The notes under the pieces were generated by a model. The model did not search any database. It saw only the letters and a list, made by a program, of their open reading frames with translations, and was not told the DNA's origin. Positions 10,718 through 20,403 of a stretch of 64,000 bases of DNA are shown piece after piece. The first letter of the stretch is position 1; each line of letters opens with the position of its first letter. Both the position numbers and the translations under genes were made by a program. The DNA comes from Nitrospirales bacterium (GTDB taxonomy: Bacteria > Nitrospirota > Nitrospiria > Nitrospirales > UBA8639): assembly GCA_963555755.3 (NCBI GenBank), contig OY820905.2, forward strand, positions 1,536,001-1,600,000, written 5' to 3'.

Positions 10718-10858
10718 GGCCACCTCTAAAAACCGTCCTTTTCCGTGATGCCGGCGTCAGCCGCGTGCTCACATCCTCATGTATTCGCCCATACACTCCG
10801 GTTTTCCGCGCGCGGCTTCCTTGCCCTCACAAAAAATGCCTGGTTTGTAGAGGTGCCC
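10718..10858. mobile_element. MITE family C copy (about 141 bp)
   Basis: GG(C/G)CACCTCTA...TAGAGGTGCCC inverted repeats; near-identical copies at 22631 and 38609. Confidence 0.88.
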
Positions 10859-10967
10859 TAATATGACTGAGGGGTGGCACCTCAGGAGCCAGCCACCCTT
10901 TAGTGTCAGTGAAACAATCACAAAATTTCATTACCGTGAATCACTCGAATACACTCTCAGAGGCAAT

Positions 10968-11114
10968 GGAGAATGTTCAAAAAGGTGTGTCCAGCCCTGT
11001 CCTGAGCAGAGTCGAAGGAAAGGCCGCAGGCCCTTTGGCGCGCGGAGCGTACAGTAGTACGTGAGCACGACAAATGGCCGAGAACGCCGCAGGCACCCTT
11101 TTTCAACATTCTCC
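10968..11114. repeat. Family B palindromic element with nested CCTGTCCTGAGCAGAGTCGAAGG REP
   Basis: GGAGAATGTTCAAAAAGG...CCTTTTTCAACATTCTCC inverted ends; homologs at 7357, 8827, 12241, 18705 and 37116. Confidence 0.85.
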
Positions 11115-11115
11115 C

Positions 11116-11502
11116 CTACCATCGCAGATCATCACCCGGGACTTCGAACGCATTCACGACATGCTCCACATGGCCAACCTGTTCTGCATCACATTGGTAC
11201 AACATGACATCAAATCGGGTTGGGCAGTTAGACAGTTGGTGGTACGCTAAGTATTGAGCGGCGAGATTGATCAGACGCTGTTGTTTGTGAGGCGTCACGG
11301 CATAGGACGCGCCACCAAAGTAATTGATCCTCCTGGCCTTGACTTCGATGAAGACAATCGTGCCATCTTTTTTCGCGATAATATCCAGCTCCCCATTGGG
11401 AAACCGGACATTGCGTCCTACAATACGATATCCGTGTTGGCGAAGATATTGTTCCGCAGCGACTTCGGCTTCCTTGCCAAAGACCTGAGACTGGGATGTC
11501 AC
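11116..11502 (-). CDS. yraN: YraN family (UPF0102) putative endonuclease
   Basis: GELDIIA, FIEVKAR, RFDV motifs. Confidence 0.92.
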   Translation of the reverse strand: MTSQSQVFGKEAEVAAEQYLRQHGYRIVGRNVRFPNGELDIIAKKDGTIVFIEVKARRINYFGGASYAVTPHKQQRLINLAAQYLAYHQLSNCPTRFDVMLYQCDAEQVGHVEHVVNAFEVPGDDLRW

Positions 11503-12155
11503 ACATCCTCCTGATGAGCCTGTAGAAGAGTCTTGATTGGTTGAAAACTACGTCGGTGCGCCGGACTCGGGCCAAATTTCCGAACCAAACGAAGATGCGC
11601 CGGTGTGGGATAACCCTTATGAAGGTGGAACTGATAATCCGGATATCGACGATGATAGTCCTGCATCAATCGATCACGAGACACTTTGGCAAGAATAGAA
11701 GCAGCGGCAATTGAAAGAGACAATCGATCCCCCTTCACCACCGCTCGTTGAGCCATGGCCACACCGGGTAACGAGGTGGCATCGATGAGTAAAAAATCAG
11801 GGACCACAGGAAGTTGGTCCAGCGCACGTCTCCAGGCAAGTCGTGTGGCTTCTAGAATATTGATTCTATCAATTTCCTGTTCTGTGGCAACCCCGACGGC
11901 CCAAGCACGCGCCCGTTGTGTAATCGCTTCAAACAGGGTTTCTCGATTCTCGGGGCTGACCTGTTTGGAGTCATCCAACCCATCCAACTGAAATCGTCGA
12001 GGGAGAATGACGACTGCACCAACCACTGGACCGGCTAAGGGTCCTCTGCCAGCCTCATCCAACCCAGCCACGCATCGATAGCCACAGACTCGAGCGTCTT
12101 CCTCAAACACCCAAGTGGGCCCATCTGCCGTCCTTGCGATCAACTCCCCTTCCAC
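11499..12155 (-). CDS. rnhB: Ribonuclease HII
   Basis: GLDEAGRGPLAGPVV, DSK, KGD..SLSIAAASILAKV motifs. Confidence 0.96.
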   Translation of the reverse strand: MEGELIARTADGPTWVFEEDARVCGYRCVAGLDEAGRGPLAGPVVGAVVILPRRFQLDGLDDSKQVSPENRETLFEAITQRARAWAVGVATEQEIDRINILEATRLAWRRALDQLPVVPDFLLIDATSLPGVAMAQRAVVKGDRLSLSIAAASILAKVSRDRLMQDYHRRYPDYQFHLHKGYPTPAHLRLVRKFGPSPAHRRSFQPIKTLLQAHQEDV

Positions 12156-12167
12156 GATGTGCCCCTC

Positions 12168-12464
12168 TTAGGAGCCTGTCCAAGATTAGACTGATCTGCT
12201 GCGGATGCGCTGGATGTGGCCAGATCTTCCGATCCTTTTGGGGAAATGATCAAAAAGGCCGCCAGCTGCGTTCTCGGGCTTTTGGCGTGCTCACGTACTC
12301 CGTGTACGCTCCGCGCGCCAAAAGCCCTGCGGCCTTGCGGGACGGCCTTTTTGATCATTCCCCGTTTTCGTTAAATAGCCCAACTATTCGCCTTAAACGA
12401 TTGAAAAATCTGACTCAAACCACCACATCCTCGCGACGATCGCTAATCTCGGACAGGCTCCCAG
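12168..12464. mobile_element. MITE family A copy with nested family B element
   Basis: TTAG-GAGCCTGTCCAAGATTAG...CTAATCTCGGACAGGCTC-CCAG. Confidence 0.85.
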
Positions 12465-12497
12465 CTTGAGGAAAACGTCGTCCACATGGAGGGCAAA

Positions 12498-12929
12498 TTA
12501 ATCAGAAGTCGAGTCGTCTTTCGCTGGCGATGCTTTTGCCGCAGCAGGAGCCACCTTGGCCACCGGTTTATTTTTTTTGATCCGCGAATATTCTCGCTCT
12601 GGAACCTTGGCCTTCTTTCCAATTTTATCGCGGAGGTAGTACAATTTTGCGCGTCGAACCTTCCCTTTGCGTATCACCTCAAGCTGGGCAATATTGGGAG
12701 AATTGACAGGAAAGATACGTTCCACACCCACATTGTGCGAAATTTTTCTGACCGTAAACGTCTCACTGACTTTCTTCCCTTTTCGGGCAATCACCACGCC
12801 TTCAAACACCTGCACCCGTTCTTTTTCCCCTTCAACAACTTTGACATGCACCCGAACGCTATCGCCAATTTCAAATTCTGATAGGGTATTTGTTGGAAAC
12901 GTTTGTTCAAGTCGCTGCAGCCGATTCAT
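12498..12929 (-). CDS. rplS: 50S ribosomal protein L19
   Basis: [39 protein letters not shown] motifs. Confidence 0.97.
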   Translation of the reverse strand: MNRLQRLEQTFPTNTLSEFEIGDSVRVHVKVVEGEKERVQVFEGVVIARKGKKVSETFTVRKISHNVGVERIFPVNSPNIAQLEVIRKGKVRRAKLYYLRDKIGKKAKVPEREYSRIKKNKPVAKVAPAAAKASPAKDDSTSD

Positions 12930-13678
12930 GATCTGATTCCTCCCCCACATTCCTGTGATATTTCTACTAACAATCGTCGATCTTCATCCGTTAAGCATTC
13001 GTCCCGTAACACATCAGGACGCTTACAATAGGTATTCCGTAATGACTCTTTTCGCCGCCATAGACGAACCGCTGCATGATTGCCGGATAACAACACGTCC
13101 GGCACACTATATCCGCGTACGCCTTCAGGCCTGGTGTAATGCGGAAAATCTAATAACGCCTCCACAAACGAATCGTGTTCCACGGACGCAGGATTGCCCA
13201 CGACTCCGGGGACTAACCGTGCCGCGGCATCAATCATGACCATGGCCGGCAACTCCCCACCAGTTAACACATAATCGCCGATGGAAATTTCTTCAGGCTC
13301 CAACCGAGTCAGAACCCGTTCATCGACACCCTCATAGTGGCCACAGATCCACACCAACCGCCTCGACTCACGACTGAAATCCATGGCCAATTGATGCGAA
13401 AACGGCACTCCCTGCGGAGAGGGAAACAACAAACGTAATTCTTGTCCTTCAGCTCGCAGGGCATCGATTACTCGAAAAATTGGCTCGGCCTTCATCACCA
13501 TGCCGCTTCCACCGCCATAGGGGGCATCATCAGCAATGCGGTGCCGATCCTCGATGTAGTCTCGAATATTATGTACCTGAATCCGAACCCGACCGCTCTC
13601 CTGCGCACGTTTCAGAATACTCTGCGTCGCAATGCCTTCGATCAACTCAGGGAATAATGTGAGGACATCACACCACAT
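12926..13678 (-). CDS. trmD: tRNA (guanine37-N1)-methyltransferase
   Basis: [33 protein letters not shown] motifs. Confidence 0.97.
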   Translation of the reverse strand: MWCDVLTLFPELIEGIATQSILKRAQESGRVRIQVHNIRDYIEDRHRIADDAPYGGGSGMVMKAEPIFRVIDALRAEGQELRLLFPSPQGVPFSHQLAMDFSRESRRLVWICGHYEGVDERVLTRLEPEEISIGDYVLTGGELPAMVMIDAAARLVPGVVGNPASVEHDSFVEALLDFPHYTRPEGVRGYSVPDVLLSGNHAAVRLWRRKESLRNTYCKRPDVLRDECLTDEDRRLLVEISQECGGGIRS

Positions 13679-14195
13679 CGTCGCCAGACCATTCTTCTTT
13701 TGATACCACCGTCATCTCTTGGCCAGGAATATCAATCTTGGTAATCCACTTCTTTGAGGCAGGCAAGATCCATTCCCGACCCTGCCCTCGGATCATGAAT
13801 AAATGCTGAACCGGCGTTTCGATCACTTCCTCCAACACGCCTAACACGTCACCGGATTCCTCTTTGACTGTCAGCCCAATCAGTTCAAACTGGTAATGAT
13901 GGCCTTCAGGCGCTGGTGGCACGGAACCTTGAGGAATTTTTATCCAGGCCCCACGATACGCTTTGACTTCTTCGGGCGTTGAAAAGGCCGCAAAACGCAA
14001 CAGGTAGGATCGTCCATCGTAATGAACATCCGTCACCTCAGTGACCAGGGAATGACCCGAGGCAGTTTCTAGCGTCACCTCGCGTAGGTTTTCCAATCGC
14101 TTCGGGACATCCGTGAGGGAAAGCACTCGCACCTGCCCACGCACCCCAAACGGCTTCACAATTTTCCCAACCGTCACGAATGCTGTTTCAGACAT
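13668..14195 (-). CDS. rimM: Ribosome maturation factor RimM
   Basis: VGKIVKPFGVRG motif, PRC barrel, synteny; start MSETAF at 14195 (upstream ORF extension is MITE sequence). Confidence 0.92.
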   Translation of the reverse strand: MSETAFVTVGKIVKPFGVRGQVRVLSLTDVPKRLENLREVTLETASGHSLVTEVTDVHYDGRSYLLRFAAFSTPEEVKAYRGAWIKIPQGSVPPAPEGHHYQFELIGLTVKEESGDVLGVLEEVIETPVQHLFMIRGQGREWILPASKKWITKIDIPGQEMTVVSKEEWSGDDVV

Positions 14196-14238
14196 CACGT
14201 CACAATTGACAGCGGGCATGCCATGAATTCCGTATTTA

Positions 14239-14395
14239 GGGTTCGCGCAAACATAACTTCCTCGGTTTGGGCGCCGATCCATCCCGTCTGGCGGCGTTGC
14301 TCGTCCTTTCCATACGAAAAGTATGCGCAGTCCTCCGGCCTTGCCAGACGGGCGCCTCAACACCCAAACCGAGGAAGTGATGTTTGCGCGAACCC
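14239..14395. mobile_element. MITE family D copy (157 bp)
   Basis: Long inverted repeats GGGTTCGCGCAAACATAACTTCCTCGGTTTGGG...CCCAAACCGAGGAAGTGATGTTTGCGCGAACCC; TTA/TAA flanks; homolog at 28187. Confidence 0.88.
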
Positions 14396-14475
14396 TAATG
14401 GGGTTGCCTCCCAATATCATAAGGCACTCCCAACATTGTGGAAAGAGTCACCTAGATGAGAGGAAGAAAGCGAAG

Positions 14476-14748
14476 TTATGACTTCTTTCGAGAATCTTCA
14501 AAGGTTTTCCAAATGCCGGCCCGCCGCAACAGCGTGCGCACCGTCACCGATGGTTGTGCACCCTTTTGCAACCAATCCAACACTCGTTCGGCTTTCAACT
14601 CGGTGACAGCAGGATCCTTCAACGGATCATGCGTCCCTAGCACTTCAAGCGCACGACCATCCCGTCGCACCCTCGAATCTACCGCTACCACTCGATAAAA
14701 TGGTCGTTTGTGTCGTCCCATTCGACTTAATCGTAAATGTACTGCCAC
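14476..14748 (-). CDS. rpsP: 30S ribosomal protein S16
   Basis: LRLSRMGRHKRPFYRVV...GAQPSVTV. Confidence 0.97.
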   Translation of the reverse strand: MAVHLRLSRMGRHKRPFYRVVAVDSRVRRDGRALEVLGTHDPLKDPAVTELKAERVLDWLQKGAQPSVTVRTLLRRAGIWKTFEDSRKKS

Positions 14749-14827
14749 TAGCTGACTCCTCCTATTCTGAATAGTCTATTCTTCCCAAAGCTGATCAGTA
14801 TACTCTGTTTGGTGTGAAAAGTTAAAC

Positions 14828-16228
14828 TCATCGGGATTGGATAGCTCGAATGAGCTTTCCGCGCCTTTTCAACTTACCAAGTTTACCTGGTTTACCCTTC
14901 CCGCCAACCAGGGACTTCATCATCGTCCGGGCGCCTAAAAATTGTTTAATGAGCCTGTTAATCTCCTGGACAGACGTCCCGCTCCCTTTGGCGATGCGCT
15001 TCTTCCGGTTGCCATTGATGATCGTGTGATCCCGACGCTCTTTTGTGGTCATGGAGTCAATAATGGCCACCACACGGCTTATTTCCTTTTCAGGCAGTCC
15101 CTGTTGTGATGCCCCCCTCACCATGGCTTTGAGCTTCTCCCCACCAGGAAGCATGCCCATTATTTGTTCCATGGACCCCAACTTGTTCACCTGTTTAATC
15201 TGATCCCGAAAGTCCTCTAGGGTAAGGGCATTGCTGGAGACCTTTCGTTGCAGAGATTCTGCTTCCTCTTTTGAGAAGGCTTCCTGGGCCTTTTCGATGA
15301 GTGACAACACATCGCCCATTCCCAAGATGCGCGAGGCCATGCGATCCGGGTGAAAGGGCTCCAAGGCATCGGACTTTTCCCCCACCCCCAAATATTTAAT
15401 GGGCTTACCGGTCGCCGCTCGAATAGACAGAACAGCACCCCCGCGGGCGTCACCTTCAATTTTGGTTAAAATCACCCCTGTGATCCCGACACGCTGATCA
15501 AACTGCTGGGCCACATTCACGGCTTCCTGGCCAGTCATGGAATCCGCGATAAATAAAATTTCCTGCGGTGTGACCGCGGCTTTGATATCCACCAACTCCT
15601 GCATGAGTTCATCGTCAACATGAAGACGGCCACCGGTGTCCAACACCACAACGTCATAGGCATGGTCGCGACCTCGGGCCACTCCCTCCGTGCAGAACCG
15701 GGCAACCTGCGCCCGATCAACCAGAACCCCTTCTGCGTGCCCTTCTACTCGATGAACCGGCACATCCAAATCAGCGCCCAGCGAGGCCAATTGATCCGCG
15801 GCAGCAGGGCGCCGAGGATCAGCTGCAACCAGCAATACTCGTTTTCCTTGCTGCTTGAATAGATGGGCCAGTTTGCCGCACGTGGTCGTCTTCCCCGCAC
15901 CCTGCAACCCAACCATCATGATCACGGTGGGAGGCTGAGATGAAAGCGCCAGACCAGAATATTCATGGCCCATCAGGTCCCGCAATTCTTCCCAGACGAT
16001 TTTGACAACCTGTTGACCAGGATTGAGGCTGCCTAAAACCTCACGCCCAATAGCTTTTTCCTGGACACGGCCAATAAAGTCCTTCACAATCTTGAAATTG
16101 ACATCAGCCTCCAGAAGCGCAAGACGGACTTCCTTCAACGCCTCGGTAACATCCTGCTCCCGCAGAACGCCCTGTCCCCGAATCTTTTTGAGGACATTGT
16201 CAATTTTTTCTGTGAGCGCGGAAAACAT
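14828..16228 (-). CDS. ffh: Signal recognition particle protein
   Basis: GLQGAGKTT, DTGGR, GDARGGA, FHPDRMASRILGMGD motifs; M domain. Confidence 0.97.
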   Translation of the reverse strand: MFSALTEKIDNVLKKIRGQGVLREQDVTEALKEVRLALLEADVNFKIVKDFIGRVQEKAIGREVLGSLNPGQQVVKIVWEELRDLMGHEYSGLALSSQPPTVIMMVGLQGAGKTTTCGKLAHLFKQQGKRVLLVAADPRRPAAADQLASLGADLDVPVHRVEGHAEGVLVDRAQVARFCTEGVARGRDHAYDVVVLDTGGRLHVDDELMQELVDIKAAVTPQEILFIADSMTGQEAVNVAQQFDQRVGITGVILTKIEGDARGGAVLSIRAATGKPIKYLGVGEKSDALEPFHPDRMASRILGMGDVLSLIEKAQEAFSKEEAESLQRKVSSNALTLEDFRDQIKQVNKLGSMEQIMGMLPGGEKLKAMVRGASQQGLPEKEISRVVAIIDSMTTKERRDHTIINGNRKKRIAKGSGTSVQEINRLIKQFLGARTMMKSLVGGKGKPGKLGKLKRRGKLIRAIQSR

Positions 16229-16319
16229 CAGATCTAACTCCTAACCATTGGAAAAATATACGAAATTCCGTCGAAGTCTAGACAACGCCGAAACTACCTG
16301 TCAAGGCTACCCTTAGGTG

Positions 16320-18223
16320 CAGGGCCATTTCATTCTTTTTATAAGCAAGGGATTCCATGAGGTTTTTTGTGCGCTCTTTTTCAGGGCAGGGCCATGCGGA
16401 TGGCTAAATGGGGCTTGCCCCAGAGCAGTCTACACGCCTGCGCGATATTGGTGTAGCCTTTCAGGCGTAAGAGACTGATGGCATAGCGTCTCAGACAGGT
16501 CATGACCATTGGGCCATTGAGACTTCGTATCTGACTCCTGTCTTCATCAAAGGTGACGTCCAACACATAATGCTGCTTATTCTCCACACTCCAATGCTTT
16601 CGGTTTTGCGAGAGGATGGTCTTCGGCCCCGCCTTGTCTTTGGACTGACTCGTGACACCGCAGACCGCTTCGACGGTCGTGAGGCCCTGCTTGAGATGCG
16701 TCACTTCCCTCTCAATGCAGAAGACTTGCTGGACATGAGGAAAGTTGACATAGGCATTCAGGGAGTCATCGCACCAGATCCTGCGGGTCGTGATCTGCCC
16801 ATGGCCTTTCTCGGTGGTGGCATAATCGCACCGGCGTGCTCGCAACGCTAAGGCCTCAATGTCGTGCTTCAAGGTGGGCTGGTTTCCCTTGACGGTGAAG
16901 ACGAAGTCGGCGCCGCGTTCGTGCACCAGGTACTCGGCAATCTCTTTCTGGGTGAGGAGCGCATCCGCCGTGATCACCTTCCCTGCGATCTCGAGCGCAT
17001 CTAACAGGGGCCGCACGCAGGGGATCTCATTGGTCTTGGAGTGAACTTTTTTTGGGTGAGGTGGCGCCCGGCTTGATGGGTGACGGCGCTGAGGACGTGG
17101 GTCTGTTCGCTTGGGACCTTCGACGTCCCCCGCATGGTCTTCCCATCAATGGCAATGCCCTGATCCTCCCCGCCGAAGGTGTCCAGCCACCGGCCGAGCA
17201 GGGTATCGACTTCACAGGGGTCGACGGCCGTGATAAAGCGGTAAAGAGTGCTGCGGCTCGGGACGAGGTAGCGCCCCCCTCGCTGAGTACAGCCTAGCCG
17301 CTTGCGCATCGGCTGCGATAACTGCTGGGCCCAGTCCGAGATCGCTTCATAGCCGCGCGCGCCGCACAAGGTGGCACAGAACATGATCGCCGTGAGGGCG
17401 CGTCGGGTGTGCCGTTGCCCTTGCAAATGGCGGGGATCGGTCAGCTGCACCACATACGTAAAGAGGGAGTCCGTCTGTTTTGTATTCAATCTCATCTGAG
17501 GCGCTTCTCCTTTCTGATAGGGCTGATCAAGCATCGGGCGTGCAAGGATCTCTCGGGCTTGGGGATGCAGCCGCACGACTAGGATGCGCTTCGGTCTCTC
17601 ATGCTGAACATAACACGTGTTCGACTTGCGAAACCCTCGTGTCAGACCGAGCTCGTGCCACCCGGCGGCCCGATAGCAGGTCCCGGTGAAGCGGGCAGGA
17701 TCGACGAAGGTCTCTAAGAGGAGCAAGGGGTAGCCGTGGTACAGTTGCCAATCGGCCGAGATCCGTTTCGCGCAGAGCGACAGGACTTTCGAGGCGAGGT
17801 TCTTTTGCGAACAGCCCGGCAGCATGAGAAACCAGGTGTTGTTGGCCAGTAAATGGAGTCGTTGCCATTGAAAACAGGGGGGCCAGCCGATCCAGTGGTC
17901 TCGCGGTCTCGATTTGAGGGCCGCCGCCGCAAACACCAGCAAGGCCAGCCAGCGATCCTGCACACAGGCGAGATATTGTATCGATTGGCCAATCAGCGGG
18001 GCATGACCGAGGTAGTGGTGTCTGTCGAGAAGGGTCTTGAAGGCGTCCTTTTCGTCTCGGACAATTGGGCGAACCACGACTTGCCTCAGATCAATGTCCG
18101 GCTGTCCGCTTGGCGATTCGTCTGGCATGCAAAAGAGTATGCCGTAAACGAAAAGAAAAAGCCAGCCTAAATCGATTATTCCTTATTATCTATAAAGTTA
18201 CACTTTAATATGAAATAGCCCTG
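16320..18223 (-). mobile_element. ISAs1-family insertion sequence encoding a DUF4338-transposase fusion (copy 1)
   Basis: Inverted repeats CAGGGCCATTTCA / TGAAATAGCCCTG; 9-bp target duplication CCTTAGGTG (16311-16319, 18224-18232). Confidence 0.92.
16381..18128 (-). CDS. DUF4338 (DruA-like) domain fused to ISAs1 transposase, split by a -1 frameshift at about 17050
   Basis: HHYLG..., LETFVDP.RF.GTCYRAAGW; IAIDGKTMRG; second frame gives KTNEIP, TADALLTQ, VKGNQP, HWSVEN motifs. Confidence 0.88.
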
Positions 18224-18337
18224 CCTTAGGTGAATACCTTCTTGACTTAAGGTCTGGGTTGCCGTACTTTTCTAGTAGTTTACCCTTATATCAGCATCGA
18301 TCCAGCCAATCACTCACCAACGACCGAAGGAGCAGTT

Positions 18338-18598
18338 GTGAAAAAATCAGGGTGGACTTTACTTGGGTTCATTTTTATTGGCGGCTTGTTGGGCGGAGTC
18401 CTTGGGGAAATCCTCCGAGTATTCACTCCAGCAGGAGTCATTCAAGATATTTTCGCACGGTCCGTTTCCACAGGACTTGAGCCTCCGTTCACCGTCGATT
18501 TCGTTCTCATCAAGATCACACTAGGCTTCATTTTCAAGATCAACCTCCTCACACTGTTAGGGATATTTTTTGGCATTTACTTGTACAAAAATATCTGA
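18338..18598 (+). CDS. Small membrane protein (DUF4321-like)
   Basis: Two hydrophobic segments, GGLLGGVLGE; RBS AAGGAG upstream. Confidence 0.7.
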   Translation: MKKSGWTLLGFIFIGGLLGGVLGEILRVFTPAGVIQDIFARSVSTGLEPPFTVDFVLIKITLGFIFKINLLTLLGIFFGIYLYKNI

Positions 18599-18704
18599 CA
18601 GCAATACTTTCGATATACCATTCGCCCGAAGCCTTTAGGGTACGGTGAATATTTCACCCCATTAGCCAATACAAGCTTCAGATAAGCCACGCACCATCAA
18701 AGGG

Positions 18705-18870
18705 AGGGAATGTTCAAAAAAGCATGCCCTGAGTCTTTCCGAAGGGTCTATCCAGTCCTGAGTCTGTCGAAGGAAAGGCCGCAGCTATTTTTACGCACGG
18801 AGCGTACATGGAGTACGTGAGCACGGCAAAATGGGGAGAACGCCGCTGGAGGCTTTTTTCAACATTCCCT
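18705..18870. repeat. Family B palindromic element with two nested REPs
   Basis: AGGGAATGTTCAAAAAAGC...GCTTTTTTCAACATTCCCT; CCTGAGTCTTTCCGAAGG and CCTGAGTCTGTCGAAGG inserts. Confidence 0.85.
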
Positions 18871-18877
18871 TTAGGGT

Positions 18878-19324
18878 TCACACAAAATCACTCACCATCA
18901 GGCATTCAATTTCCTTAACCTTTTTTAAACCCTTATCGTTCCCAATAAAGCCGGTGGCCTGAAAGCCGATGGCTGTGGCAAGCTGAATGGCATCTGGCGT
19001 GCTCAGGTTATAACTGGCGCGAAGTTCCGCCGCCCTGTCAGCTACCTCCAGTGATACAGGCACCCAGCTAAGCTTGGGATACGTGGATAAAAGGGCATAG
19101 AATTTTTGAACCAGTGGGTGATTTTCAAGACGATAGGGTTGCACCAATACCTCCAACATTGAAACCGTTGAAGTGACAGCCGAGACTTGTCCCCTTTCGA
19201 TACGGGCAAACAGCTTGGCACACCATTTTCCATAGCGAGGATGGTCTTGCACATGATAAATCAGAACATTGGTATCCAGCCCAACCTTGCGATAGGCCGA
19301 AAACGGCCGTTTCCCAACTACCAC
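18878..19324 (-). CDS. VapC-family PIN-domain toxin
   Basis: LDTNVLIY, E.LV.P, LSTPDAIQLATA motifs. Confidence 0.9.
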   Translation of the reverse strand: MVVGKRPFSAYRKVGLDTNVLIYHVQDHPRYGKWCAKLFARIERGQVSAVTSTVSMLEVLVQPYRLENHPLVQKFYALLSTYPKLSWVPVSLEVADRAAELRASYNLSTPDAIQLATAIGFQATGFIGNDKGLKKVKEIECLMVSDFV

Positions 19325-19536
19325 GATTGCCGTTCCCTATTCAGATAACCTTGAGGATATATCCCCTTAGCAAGTCCTCGAAGAGCTTTGGCATAGCTTT
19401 TCGGCTCCGGCATCACAACCGTCACATCTCCTTTCACGACAACAAGAAGCTTGTCCCCCCCTTTGACCCGCATGGCCTCACGGGCTGCTTTGGGGATCAC
19501 GATTTGATTTTTTCGACTGAGCCTTTGAATACCCAT
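19318..19536 (-). CDS. AbrB/MazE-family antitoxin
   Basis: LSRKNQIVIPKAAREAMRVKGGDKL; overlaps the toxin start. Confidence 0.88.
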   Translation of the reverse strand: MGIQRLSRKNQIVIPKAAREAMRVKGGDKLLVVVKGDVTVVMPEPKSYAKALRGLAKGIYPQGYLNRERQSW

Positions 19537-20403
19537 AACCGTTCCCTCCTTCCAAGGCTTTACTTTATCATGCAAAGGTAAAGCTGTCGAGACACCCCAC
19601 AGGCCGTGCACAGCTGACTCCCACTACCTTGTGGATCGACTCATCCTGGGCACGTCAAGAAAATGTATCTGGGTTAGGGAGTGATAATGCAGGGTTTCGT
19701 CCCCGCGCGACGAGGCACTGTTGTTTCGGCAAAAGTGCCCAAAACCATTTCCGCCCGTGCGCGTCCCCTGCGGGGAAACTTTGCCACGAGACCAAATTAA
19801 ATGGCTCGGGAACTCGCTCCGATCAAACAGCCCACGCCAAAGAAGTCGAATTTGGTTTCGTGGCAAAGCCGCGCCCGAAGGCGGGAAGAAAATGTGGAAA
19901 AGAGAACATGAGATAGCTATGAATCTGCGAAACTCTCAACAAAAGACTCGGCCCCTCTCCCCACTATACGTCCTCTTTTTTCAGAAACGCTCAATCTTAA
20001 AATTGACGTTTTTGCCAAACTGACTAGAATGCTTGGCTGATAGTGAAATAAAAACGAGAATAATTTATCGGGAAAGAGACAACAATGAACTGGACCACTG
20101 AGAAGCCGTCACAGCCAGGGAGGCATTGGTTGCTGAAATCAATGGTGATCCATTTTTAATAAGTGGCTTTTTTAAGGAAGCGGCCAAAGAAGGACTAGGT
20201 TCTATCGGTGATGCACCCGAAGGAAAAAACTATTCAGATTTTATAGGGGAACTATGGGCAGGCCCAATTCCTGAGCCGGGGGAATAGGAATTAGGAATAT
20301 TTAGGAATATAGGAATAGGGGTCACCCTGAGGTCTCGATCTAATACCTTTTAGGATCGAGACTTATAGATTCAATAAAAACAATTCCCCTATTTTAGTGT
20401 TTT

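Noticed and set aside
10683..14420. N-terminal extensions of FtsE and RimM in the ORF track
   Set aside because: They derive from upstream MITEs; canonical starts exist at 10682 and 14195
20085..20287. Short ORF starting MNWTTEKPSQPG
   Set aside because: Frameshifted remnant; too short to assign
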